Positions 1 through 11,600 of a stretch of 64,000 nucleotides of DNA are shown here, piece by piece (positions within the stretch are counted from its first letter, which is position 1; the number at the start of each line of letters is the position of its first letter). Source of the stretch: Podarcis cretensis (lineage: Eukaryota). The stretch covers positions 66,526,001-66,590,000 of the forward strand of contig OX638149.1 in assembly GCA_951804945.1 (NCBI GenBank), given 5' to 3'. The translations under genes were made by a program, and so were the position numbers. The notes beneath the pieces were generated by a model that was not told where the DNA came from, ran no database searches, and was given only the letters and a program-made list of their open reading frames with translations.

Positions 1-25
1 CAACACAGAACGTAACACTCTAGCC

Positions 26-162
26 CAGGGATAGTCAATGTGGTGCCTAGATGTTGAGGACTACAACTCCCATCATCCATTACTGTTGGCCATGTTAGCT
101 GAAACTTAACGAAGTGGTAGTCCAAACTCTCTGGGCTGGAGGATACCATGTTAGCACCCCTT
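26..162. mobile_element. Short hAT-like MITE remnant
   Basis: CAGGG...CCCTTG ends with internal GGACTACAACTCCCATCATCC / GTAGTCCAA inverted arms, a common squamate repeat pattern. Confidence 0.55.
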
Positions 163-1492
163 GCAAAAAGACTATTTATAAGGCATGAAATGTTCCATTG
201 TTAGCTGAAAACAGTTGTCTCTCTGTTGTGAAGATTGTTGTGTTTGTGTTGACTGTTGTGCTTAAAATAACTTAATGAGTGGGATTCAGCTCGGCTGTTG
301 CAGGCATGCAACAGGTATGAAACAGGACTGTGCCCCCCATGTACCCCCTAAATCTGCTCTGGAGAGCTGGCGTGACCCAGAATGGTTTTAGTGATTCACA
401 AGGGGAGAAGACTGGGGAAAGTCTTGTGGATGAATAGACCACTTGGTGTATTCCACACAATATGTATAGTTTATTTTTGTTCACAGTATATACTTTGGCG
501 AGGATCCAAAGAGCTACTCTAAATGCACCCAGATGCTTAGGCACACACAACAGGAATTTTGGCCCTTTTTTCATTAAATAACTTGCCTCCATGTCAATCT
601 GCTTTTGAGAGTCCCCTCAGTTTCAAAAGTGGCTTGCCGTGTGGCATCGAAGAGACGCTGTTTCAACAAATGCAAAGCCCCTTGGGCATACAGAACTGTT
701 CAAACTAATTAGTTATTTTTAATGGGAGACAGAAGATGTAGGAGATGAGGTCTCTGGAGATAACAAAATAAATGCAGGAAATGTAAGCTTGGATCAAAGA
801 TCTGCTTTGGCTCATGGAAACCACTTGTACTAACTCAGTGAAATTTTGGACCTTTGTTTTGGAACACCATTTGCCATTTGGTATAGGAGCAGGAACATTG
901 TTTGAGAAAAACAAGTGACTGCAAACCCATAAATGTCTACTCAGAAACAAGTCTCATTGAATTCACTAGTGCTTTGGCCTCCCACAAATAGCCGCAATCC
1001 TATACTAGGTAAGCCCACTGAGTAAGTGGGACTTACTTCTGAATAAAAATGCCTAGAATTGCATTACAAGGCAGCATTTCTGTATGCACCTACCATTGGA
1101 TTCAGGAAATTACACAAGGGTAAACATGCCTAGGATTGCAGTGTAAATACCCCTTTTGGGACTCGTGGGGGTAATTTTGATTTCTTTGGGTCTTGGCCTT
1201 TGATTTCCATTTTGAACGTACTGATGAAGAAAGCTGAATTTGATTTGAAAAATTCCAGTATCCTGTAGATCAATATATGAAATAAAAGAATCTGACAATC
1301 TGGTTTTTGAAAACTGTTCTAATATGTATTTGTTATGCTGTAATAGGTATTCACTGGCAGGGAATAGTACAATGTTTTTAAATGTGTAATATCCAAAGCA
1401 AATCTAATTACAACTATGTTCTCTCTCATCTCTCTCTCTTCTCTGTCTCTCTCCTCCCCCCCCCCCCCACTCCCTGAAATCTCCTGCCATAG

Positions 1493-1624
1493 CAATTGCA
1501 TTTGCCTCCAGACTTGTCAGACACAGTGAGCCGCACAAGCAAACAGGATCTGGCAGAATCTGCCAAACTGCTGAGCTCAGGATGTACTGCTATGGCCATA
1601 GGCAAGAAGCACCTGGACTTCTAG
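1493..1624 (+). CDS. ELP4: ELP4 (elongator acetyltransferase complex subunit 4), last coding exon
   Basis: A long pyrimidine tract and CATAG acceptor (AG 1491-1492) precede [46 protein letters not shown], which matches the vertebrate ELP4 C-terminus ([13 protein letters not shown]...KKHLDF). Tail-to-tail synteny with PAX6 is established. Not in the ORF track. Confidence 0.95.
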   Translation, partial: QLHLPPDLSDTVSRTSKQDLAESAKLLSSGCTAMAIGKKHLDF

Positions 1625-1731
1625 TGATTTCTACTTAGCAGTTTCACTCCGATTTATATGGCACTCTAATTATGACTGTTAATGACTTATGTAAATATTT
1701 TTCTTAATGATTGTGACCCAGTAGTCATTCA

Positions 1732-1734
<3 letters not shown>

Positions 1735-1782
<48 letters not shown>
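1735..1782. repeat. (AT)n microsatellite downstream of the ELP4 stop
   Basis: Uninterrupted AT dinucleotide run. Confidence 0.95.
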
Positions 1783-1784
<2 letters not shown>

Positions 1785-3946
1785 CAAGCTGTGTGCCTTA
1801 TTTTGCCATTCTGTTTTTTAAAAATATTTGCAAATGTTGTATTGGATGTTTCTACAGTTAACAAACACAACCTATATTTTGATGCCATTTTAAAGACGTA
1901 AAATATGTTGCCATTTTGAAGCTGCAGAATTTTCTGTTGCCATCAACTTTACTGTTATTACTAAAGTTCAGATAATGAATGAGAAATGAAAGAATTGCAC
2001 TTTGCATGTTTAACACAACTATTGTATGCTGTATATCAATATTATGTATATTAAATAAAATCATGGATTTTAAAAAGTCAGTTATTTTAATATCAGACAA
2101 TCATTGCCCTAGAAAAACATTGTTAAAAATGACACCTTATTTAGTACCATATATGCTGTAAGCATTAAATTTCTGTGTATTTTCCACCTATTCTGTTATC
2201 AGTAATATGATAAAATATTTTTCATGGTAAAATACATTATAGATAATTACTTTGCCTTATGGGCTAATAAATATATTAAATTGCTTGAGTGAAACTTACT
2301 AAACATATACAAAGAATTGCTTTTCAATATAGTTCAAAACAGTAATCCTAAACAACTGAAGTCAGCAATATGAAATTATGTCAGCAGACATTATTCAAGA
2401 TTGAAATTCAAACTGACAACTACATTAATGCTAGAAAACCAGGGGAGTGCATTGGAGCTTAGGGAAGACATATCATAGAAAGAAGTCTACAGAGCAGCAG
2501 ATAACAAAACCAATTCAGGGTTCCATACTATTCTGTATATACTATTTGTAAACATATGAATTTTTCCCTAGGTAAAATGTATAAATATTTATCAGCAGCA
2601 AGATTTGCATTTTTGTATTAGAACTAATGTACAAACTATGTGAATAGGTGGCTATCTGGAAATGGTTTTCAAGTGGGACCTGAAAATTACTTTCTATATA
2701 GTTCTATTTTGAATTAGCCTTGATAGAACTTTCCACTAAGTTCATTTTGGATTGAAACTTAGGTCTTTAAACTGTCATTTTATAGAGTTGGGCTGAATTA
2801 TGCTCCCCACAAAACCTTAAATGCTTACTGTAATAATGTTAATGTATTTTGATGGGATTGGAACTAAAGTGTTGGTTAAATGATTTACTTTTTATAACGC
2901 TGTGAGTAAAATGGAGACATAGCTTTTAAAACTGTCTAATGTGATGAATGTCAATCATTTAAAAAAATCCACTGTACCATAAACACACACTGTATACAGC
3001 TTTTATTCTGAATTAGAATAATTGAATCAATGACAGTGATTTGCCAGGATGTCAAATCTATCCATCATATCCTGTCACTACCAGTTTATTTTTCTGATCA
3101 AAATCAAAAAGACTACTGTTTTGTCACCCGCTATTTCATTAGAGGTAACAATTGAGTTTTTTTCTTTCTTTTTCAAAGATATGTCTGTTTTATTTTTTAT
3201 TTTTACTATTTCTAAAGACGCAAATCCTTTTTAAAATCTATTCAAAATAAAGTTTCAGAACTGAGCTGTCAGTTTCATAAAGCTAATAGACATCTACATT
3301 CTTATACCCATATATCGCTACAGCTTTCAAATCATTTCTCCTTTCGCCTTATATATAATATGAAGCAAAACTTCTCAACACAATTTGAATGGGGACCTAT
3401 GCAGATATTCAATAGATCAAGTATAAAAGGATTAACACTTTAGTTACTCAGTTATGTTTTTCATGTAAATAAGCTAGGGAATTTTATATACTATTCCTCT
3501 ATAAATTCTAAAACCTTTAGGCATTATTAAATTAGCTTTTTTACAAGATATTATTATTAATAATTGTAAATGTCCTTAATGGGGTCTAATTTAGTAGACA
3601 ATCTTCCAAATATCATTAAAATATATGACTCTGTGGGTGAGTGCAAACTTAAATATAACATGCATAAATATAAAGTACACTCATCAGAACAGGCATTTGA
3701 AATAATAAGATCGAGTTGGCATAGAAACCCAAAGAATATATTTTCAACAGCAAAAAGGAAAGGGGGAGATCATTCAGTGAAATCTATATTAAATGTTGTT
3801 TTTTGTTTCACATGCTCTGTGAAATAAGTGCTGCACCACACACATACCCAGTGTTCTACAGCTAAGGGGAAATACCTATTCTTTTACTTCTAGAATATTG
3901 TTTAACCAGCAGTAATTTGGTTTAGCAGTCATTTTCCTTATCAAGG

Positions 3947-4323
3947 TAAAGGTAAAGGACCCCTGACAGTTAAGTCCAGTCACAGACGACTCGGAGGTTG
4001 CGGCGCTCATCTCGCTTTCAGGCTGAGGGAGCCGGCGTTTGTCTGCAGTTTTTCCGGGTCATGTGGCCAGCATGACCAAGCTGCTTCTGGCGCAACGGAA
4101 CACCGAAACCAAAGCAGCGCACAGAAACGCTGTTTACCTTCCCACCAGAGCGGTACCTATTTATCTACTTGCACTTTTGGGCATGCTTTCAAACTGCTAG
4201 GTTGGCAGGAGCTGGGACCGAGCAGCGGGAGTTCATCCCGTCGCGGGGATTCAAACTGCCAATCTTCTGATCGGCAAGCCCAAGAGGCTCAGTGATTTAG
4301 ACCACAGTGCCACCCGCGTCCCT
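3947..4323 (-). mobile_element. Full-length Sauria SINE (Squam1 type) with target-site duplication
   Basis: The minus strand begins GGGACGCGGGTGGCACTGTGGTCTAAA (tRNA-derived head), has a characteristic body (plus strand GGTCATGTGGCCAGCATGAC, CGGTACCTATTTATCTACTTGCAC) and an (ACCTTT)n tail. Direct repeats TTATCAAGG flank it at 3938-3946 and 4324-4332. Confidence 0.9.
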
Positions 4324-4952
4324 TTATCAAGGAAAACTGAATAGTAAAATGGTCACACCCTATTTGATAAATAAACAAATGTTCTGTAGGATACATTAAG
4401 TAACAGGACTGTTTCTTCAGATTAAATGAAATAGCTCAAGCTTGGCATGAAGTTTCCTCATTCCATTATGACCATTTCCTAACTGATATGTTACCTTCAA
4501 TGGTCTAAAGACCTACATGTTACCTATTTAATGTAAAGCTTTCCAGGTCCCATAAACCAAAGGCATAATCCACCCACACAGGTATGCAGCTGTTTATGTG
4601 CCGAAAGGTCAGCACTGGGTTGACCAGGGCCTTGTTTCCCTCATTTCCCTTCCCCTTGTAGAGTATAGTCTTGCATAGGCAAGAGGGAGAGCTGGATTGG
4701 CCTCCCATTCCTGGCAAGTGCATATGTGCCTGTGCGTACAAAAGGAGGAGAAACAGGGCTCTTACGTCAGTCCCACTGCAAGTGGATGGGCCTGATCTTC
4801 ACATGCATAAGGGTGGTGAAATGGACTGCTCTACTTCAGACTGCGGGGGGGATGACATTTTCAGTGTTCTCTTGCTGCTGCTGCTGTTTATTTCTACCCT
4901 GCCTTTTATGGCAAAACCAAGACGTATTAGAATTGAAACATTAAAAGCAATA

Positions 4953-5202
4953 CAGTCGTACCTTGGATTCCGAATGCCTTGCAAGTCAAACATTTTGGCT
5001 CCCAAACGCTGCAAACCCAGAAGTGAGTGTTCCAGTTTGCAAACGTTCTTTGGAACCCGTATGTCCGACGTGGCTTATGTGGCTTCCGATTGGCTGCAGG
5101 AGCTTACTGCAGCCAATCAGAAGCCACACCTTGGTTTACAAACGTTTTGGAAGTTGAACGGACTTCCAGAACGGATTCTGTTCGACTTCCGAGGTACCAT
5201 TG
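4953..5202. mobile_element. Tc1/mariner-superfamily (Tigger-like) MITE, 250 bp
   Basis: TA on both sides (4951-4952, 5203-5204); imperfect TIRs CAGTCGTACCTTGGA / TCCGAGGTACCATTG; internal inverted repeat at ~5080-5127. Confidence 0.85.
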
Positions 5203-7179
5203 TACAAGTTTGGGGGACACATTATCCTAGCAAAGGTCTGGAATCATGCACCTGGAGCATAGATAGACACACACAACCTTAACACACACTTAGCACAGAA
5301 ACACATCTGATGCATATACACTGACATGCACATGCTTACACACAGGTTAATGAAATGGCAAAGTCCTCTGCTCAAAATGGTTTGTTTTTTTGTTCCTGAC
5401 ACCCACACACCAAGAAACAAGCATTCAGAGTATTCACCCGTTTTCCAATTGTCATTTAAATCCACCCATGGAAATGGGAAAATAGGAACAAAAGTACTGC
5501 CTGTAAGAAGCATTCTGTCTACCTTTCCTGGCTTGCCCATGCTTGAACTGTTTAATTCCGATTTATTATAAAAGTATTTCTATAAAAGCATAATATTTAA
5601 AATCTCTAAGCAGCATACTAAAATGCAAACATAAAAACATTAAAATGGTATAAAGCACAGATAAATATATATATTATAATGATAGGGTCTTGTGTGTCAG
5701 GGAAGGCCTTGACAAGAAAATAAATTTTAACAAACAGCTGAAGTGAATTATGTTTCATGTATGGCAGAGGGAAAAGCATTCCAGAGTGCAGGAGCAATTG
5801 TGGAAAATACCCATTTTCAAGTGGTATTCTGTAAGTCATAGTACCATGAGTAAAATCTTCCCATGTGATGTAAGTCATCTTTAGAAGTCTATACAGGCCT
5901 CATCTACAAACTGATTCTACATGATCAGGTTAGATATTGCATCAAGCACCACACCAGACTAATGGGGTGACCAACTAGGACTCACAACGGATATGAGGAA
6001 CCTGGTTTGCAGAGTCAGGAGAAGAATGAGTAAGTGTTTCAAAATGCAGCTTCAAACAGCAGCTCTTACTGCTGACAATTGCTGCTTCCTGGCACCCCCA
6101 ATTACTGCCAAGAGAAGGAGGCAAGAACATGAGGTCAGCAGAGTGCTTCCAGAACTGAACAAGTAGTTCTGATCACTAACCATAGGCTCCAACTCCTAGG
6201 GGGCCAGGTCCCTTTGGCCCCTGCAGTAAAACATTTGAAGGGATCGGGGCCCCCAGAGATTATAGGCATTGTTACCTTTCTTTCCCACGCTTGGACTTTG
6301 TTTCCCAACAAGCGAATTTGGCAAGAGAGCTGGTATTGGGCAAAAACCTCTGACATTGTTTCTTATGGTCGTAATGATTGGAGCAGGGAGACAAAGAAAG
6401 AGAGAGAATGCAAACTGCTCCGTGGGGCAGGTTCACAGAGTTCTGGTAGGATAAGAGAGGAAGCGGCTCCCGGTTACTTATCATTAAAAAAATAAATAAA
6501 CTAGGAGTGCCTGATTCAGATAACTTGGAAGTTAAAGCTCTCAACCTACTGTTGTTGCTGTTATTGTTGTTGTTGTTGTTAATCCGCCCTTTACCCCAAG
6601 GTCCCAGGGTGGGTTACAACAATTAAAACACAGTATTCAAAAGCAATTTAAAACTTACTGTCAACTTACTGTCACAGAAGTAAGGTGGGTCCTAAAAATA
6701 TGACCAAGAAGGCAAATGCATAATTTTGCAGCCAGCCCTCATTGATTTGGGGCAGAGAACACAACCAGATACCTAAAAACTTGGTATTGGGGAGAGCTAG
6801 GTTCAAGTCCCTTTTTAGCTTTAAGAATTCATAGTAGCCCTGGATCAGTTGCTGTTTCTGAGACCAGCCAACCTCACAGAGCTGTTTGGGGGATAAAAAG
6901 TAGGGGTGGGAATAAACCGTTTCACAAGCACAAGGTACCTCCATTGCTAGCAGCTGCTCACAACAACATGCCATGATTTAAGCTGTGTTTCCAACAGTCA
7001 TAGCAGTTCGTTTCTCTCCACCAGCCTGCATACATCCTTCCTGCCATCCTTTCCTGCCAACTTTTCCACAGACTACAAAGCCACTGTTTTCCGTATCTTT
7101 GTATAGCGGGCTATATTCCAGCCAAATAAAGCACAAGTTGGTTACTGGGAGGTGGTGGTAGTGGGGAAGCTGTGACCCT

Positions 7180-7330
7180 TTAGATCTTAGAATCTTAGAA
7201 TTGTAGAAGGGACCACAAGGGTCATCTGGTTCTACCCCCTGCACTGCAGGAAGAATTCACCCAAAGTGGCGCTCGAACCCAGAACCCTGAGATTAAGAGT
7301 CTCATGCTCCACCAACTGAGCTGTGTTGCA
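7180..7330 (-). mobile_element. tRNA-Lys(CTT)-derived SINE with a CR1-type 3' tail
   Basis: Minus strand AGCTCAGTTGGTGGAGCATGAGACTCTTAATCTCAGGGTTCTGGGTTCGAGC (A and B boxes, CTT anticodon arm), then GATGACCCTTGTGGTCCCTTCTACAATTCTAAGATTCTAAGA (CR1-like octamer tail). Confidence 0.85.
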
Positions 7331-9649
7331 GCTTCAGCTCCCATCAGCCCCACGCCAAAGGTCAAGGATGCAATTGTAGTCCAGTGACAGAGGCTTACAG
7401 GTTCCCCATCAAAACTTTGCATGGATGTGCACTCATACTCACTTCCTCCAGGCAAGCAAAATATGGCATGTTATCACAGTGCAAAGAAACATTCCAGCCA
7501 AGCAAAAGGACTCATGTAGGCTCTAGAACAGGCCCTTCAGGAGGTGTTGCCTGGAGAAGATGCAGAGCTTACAAAGAATCCTGAGAGACTTGGCCACATT
7601 TGGCCTGAGGTTCCAGAGCAACTTTGCAGATCAATGAAAAACAATCTAAAATAGATGACATATAAGGAAAGGAGAATGGGGAGGGAGGAGGAAAGGAACA
7701 AGCTCGGGTACTAGTTCTTCCCATAATGACCAGTTGGATGGAAACAGTGCAGGGAGCTTGATGGAATGAGTGCTGCTAGATGACAGTTGCCGAAGAGCCA
7801 AAGGCAGCTCTGAGCAGCAATGATAGAATAACCCAGCTTCCTTTCTCTCTCTCTCTGCTCTGCAGTCTGGGGGAATCTTGGCATTTGCTCAGTACCATGT
7901 ATGTCTATTTCCAGCATGGCCTACTTTTAAAACGTTTCAATCTAAGCTCTGATGTTTCACCCCTTGTTTCATTTAAAGTCGCACTGTGTTGTGCATCTTC
8001 AAACAGCATTCTTATACAAGCATCTTTTGCTCATTGTTTTTCTGCATTCTGACTACAAATGCAAGAAAAATGTATTGGGGGCACAGCTTCCAGCCAGATC
8101 CTCACAGGCACTGTGTGAGAGCGTGTAATCACCTGCACATTTGGTGCACAGTGGCGGCAGCACAGATAGGATTCGTGTAGGGCTTACTCCTTAGCCTTTT
8201 CTTCTCCCAAAGATATCCTGAAAGGCTTAAGATTGGAGTTTTGCTTCTCCTGGATGGGCCCCATCTGCCCTTTGGCATGTAGGGAAGTTTGTGCACATTT
8301 CTTACAGTGCCTCTGTATTTAGCAATCTGCTCCTTCTAGTCCTCCTGTATATGAAATACAATTCTACCAGTCCGGAGACGCTGGACTGCCCAGCTTGGTA
8401 CTGTACTGTGCACAGAGATATCCAATGTTTGGGGATGTTCCATATCTGCAGCCTCATAGAATAGATGCTGCCAGCTGCCATGAACCCAATGACCACTACT
8501 CTCTAGGCAGGGAACCAAGAGTGGTTAGTTCAAGTATAACATACAGGCACCATAAAAAAATGACAGCATTCAGAGAAAATGATGGTGGTTGTGGTAATGA
8601 TGATGGCACCATCTACAAGAGCTTTGCAATTATGGAGTAATTAGGCTTATAATTACATACAAATATGTACATTTGTATATTGCAAACAGAATGCTAAGGA
8701 CAGGCTTAACGTTAAAGAGAGACTTATTAGCAAAAAACCCCAAAAAACTATTTAGTATAGACACTAGGGAACAAATAAAATTGTTTTGAAGGTAACATCA
8801 ATTTCAGGGGAACCCCACCACCACCACTGGCCATTCCCATGTGTGGGTGTAGTGACTAGAGTGTTAGCTCCGACTCTCCCATGAAGTTCACCGAAGGATC
8901 TTGGGCCAATCACCGTCAGCCTAACCTACTTCATAAAGTTGCTGTGAGGATAAAATGGGGACAAGACCTATAGTATGTACTCCACCTTGAGCTCCTTGAG
9001 GAAAGGAGGGATATGCATGTAATAAATAGAAACACATAGAGTAGCTCCTTGATTTTGCCACTAACCTTTGCAGATGTTTGGGCTGCAGCCTCATTTTCAT
9101 ACGTCTTAGGCTATTTTGGAGCAATGATGCAACGAAAGATGATGTGAGTGGATATATTTTAGTTGGGACCTCCTGGGTCCAATTCCTCCCCTTTCTAACA
9201 AAAATGGGGGCAGGAATCAAAGGGCAATATTATATACGTGATGCCCCACTCAGTTTAATGGGCCTTACTGCCTGAAAAGTGTTTATAGAATTACAGCCTA
9301 AATCCCTGATGAGGATTGCTCCATTTCACATTTCTGCATTTTGTATTCTGTTATATGCTTAAAGGTGTTTGAAATAGTATTAAGAAAATGAATAAACCTT
9401 CCCAGACTAGGGGAGTGGAGGAGGAAGAGGAGGAGAAGGAAGCTAGCATATGTTACAAGAGGCTTGAGCTTCTTCAACATATCAATTTGAAAATTCCTAA
9501 ATGTATTATAGGTTGGGGTTTTTATTTTTATTTTTTCAAAATCACTCTATAGGTACTATTAAGCTGCTTTGGCTTTTTTTCAGACTGATAGGGTGTTACA
9601 TAAGTAGGCTGCAATAGTTTTAAATATGGAATATTTAAACAAGCTAAAC

Positions 9650-9752
9650 TATGGAATTGGCTCCCACAAGATGCAGTGGTGGGTACTAATTTGGATGGCT
9701 TTAAAATATGATTAGATAAATTCCAAGATCATTAAGCTATCAATGACTAGTC
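9650..9752 (+). mobile_element. CR1 LINE 3' fragment
   Basis: TGGAATTGGCTCCCACAAGATGCAGTG...TTGGATGGCTTTAAAATATGATTAGATAAATTC resembles the end of CR1 ORF2. Confidence 0.55.
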
Positions 9753-9789
9753 ATACAAAAACCTTAAACCTGACGCAATAGCATATGCT

Positions 9790-11290
9790 CAGCCAGTGCA
9801 AGCTTTTGCACACTGCAGTTATGCTCTGGTGTCAGCCTGCCCTATCAATAGTCTGGCCACAGTGTTTTGCACCAGCTGGAGCCTCCAGGTGAGACCCAAG
9901 GGTAGGCCCGCATTGAATGCATTGCAATAATCTAATCTTAAGGGTACCAATGCATGGATGTCAGGCACTGGCTGGATGAGGAATGATGGGAGACGTCAGC
10001 CAAGGAACCCCCAAGGGAAAACACAGAAGAGAAAAGCTCAGAGCCCGGGGATTGGTGGTGGGACACCAAGGACAGGTTGGGGGGAAGATTGGGAGATGGT
10101 GCTGAATACTGACGGGACAACAGGTTTTGGTGAACAGGAAGAACCTATGACAAGGAGCAGTTCAGACGCTGAGGCTGAAGTGGGGGGGGGTGGTCAATAG
10201 ACTGCTGAAAAATCCCAGGAGTCTGCCTCTCCTGCTGCAACAAGCTCCCCTCTTCCCTGGTCTCCAAAAACACACAGGATAATGAGGAGAGCAGAACAGA
10301 GGGGGGAGATGCAGTTTGAGACTGCTTGGGAAACATCCAGGAGAGGAGAGCCTTAGAAGGAGTGGGTGGCAGGGACCTTCAGTCCTGGCAACTGTGCTAT
10401 AGGGGCAAGACCTACTGGGAAGTGTTGCCGAGTTGTGTGCCATTTCCTTGACCAAAGGGTTAACTTCACTGACAACTGACTCTGCTTATTCTTGCTGACC
10501 TGTGTCTGACTCCTGCTCTGACAGCAAATCTCCATGGCCAGGCTACCAATGTCCAAGGCTGGCTGCAGTTAGCACACCAGCTGTAGCTAGTAAAAGGCAT
10601 TCCTAGCCACTAAGGCTTCCTGAGTCTCCAGCAACAAGGTGCCCACCCCCCAAAAATAACAAATCTGATCTCAATCCAGAACAGGCAATTTGCCAATTTC
10701 CCAGACATGGGGAACGCCCCCCCCCCCTCCACAGTACCTTTATGTTCAAACTCAGTTATGGCCCTCATCCACTCCACCACTCCACCTAGACAATGATCCA
10801 GATCTTGCACAGCTTCTCCTGATGCAGTTGTTATGGAGAATTAGAGCTGTGTGTCACTAGCATACTGATGACACTTTGCCCCCAAAGTTCTAATAACACT
10901 CCCAACGGCTTCACAAAGATTGGGGGGGGGGGAGAAGACCATGCCCTGTGTGACACACACCATTGTGTGAAGACCATGTGGCTGTAGCACAATCTCCCAG
11001 TGCTGTACTCTGGGCACAAGCCTGTGGGCTGGAGCAAACTGTGCCCCCAATATCCATCCCAAAGAACAAGTCAAGGAGAACACCGTGGTGATAAGTATCG
11101 AAAGCCAAGTGACTGAGGAACATAAGCAGAATTGCAGTGTACTAGTCATCCACCAGGGCAGCCAAGGCTGGTTCCTCCCCAACACCACACCTGACCCCAG
11201 ATTGCAATGGATCCAGATAATCCATTTCCTGTAGAAACTCCTGCCAACACTCTCTTCATCAACTTGTCCAAGAAGTGGGTATCATTGCAA
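9790..11290 (-). mobile_element. Decayed L2-type LINE reverse-transcriptase fragment, interrupted by a nested insertion
   Basis: Frameshifted minus-strand peptides FLDKLMKRV, LAFDTYHHGVLL, CHQYASDTQL (degenerate YADD), IHALVPLRLDYCNA and RLQLVQNTVARLL are all typical of L2 ORF2. Confidence 0.85.
9959..10527. mobile_element. ~570-bp insertion inside the L2, solo-LTR-like
   Basis: Starts TGTCAG (9959) and has the complementary CTGACA at 10518-10523. Removing it restores the L2 reading SLAMEIHALVPLRLDYCN. Confidence 0.6.
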
Positions 11291-11489
11291 GGGTCCTGTC
11301 CACATGATCCGGCTATATAAAGTAAAACCAGCTCCATAGAGTATGCATTGGACACTGGTGTCCTTGACCTTGACCAACAACTATGGCATCCAATGCACAA
11401 CAGAGCTGAGTGCCATTCAAATTTCTCACTGAGAATTGCCGCTGAATACCAGTTGCTGGGAATCACAGGAGAGGAAGTTGTTGCGCTTA

Positions 11490-11600
11490 TGTCCGGCTGG
11501 CAGGTTTCCTATAGGCAGCTGGTTGACCAGTCTGAGAACAGAATGGTAAACTCAATAGGCCTTTGGTTTGATCCAACATGATTTGTCTTATGTTCTTGTG
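11490..11600 (+). mobile_element. CR1-type 3' end fragment
   Basis: CTGGTTGACCAGTCTGAGAACAGAATG...GGCCTTTGGTTTGATCCAACATG...CTTATGTTCTT. Confidence 0.5.

Noticed and set aside
4671-5282. 203-aa plus-strand ORF
   Set aside because: It has a non-ATG start, runs across a MITE and a CTG repeat, and has no recognisable domain; not a transposase.
7255-7330. Functional tRNA-Lys(CTT) gene on the minus strand
   Set aside because: The acceptor stem cannot pair (5' TGCAACAC versus 3' TTGGGTG), and the sequence continues into a CR1-type tail, so it is a SINE head.
8302-8640. Overlapping short ORFs that look exon-like
   Set aside because: No protein family recognised and no convincing splice-site pair.
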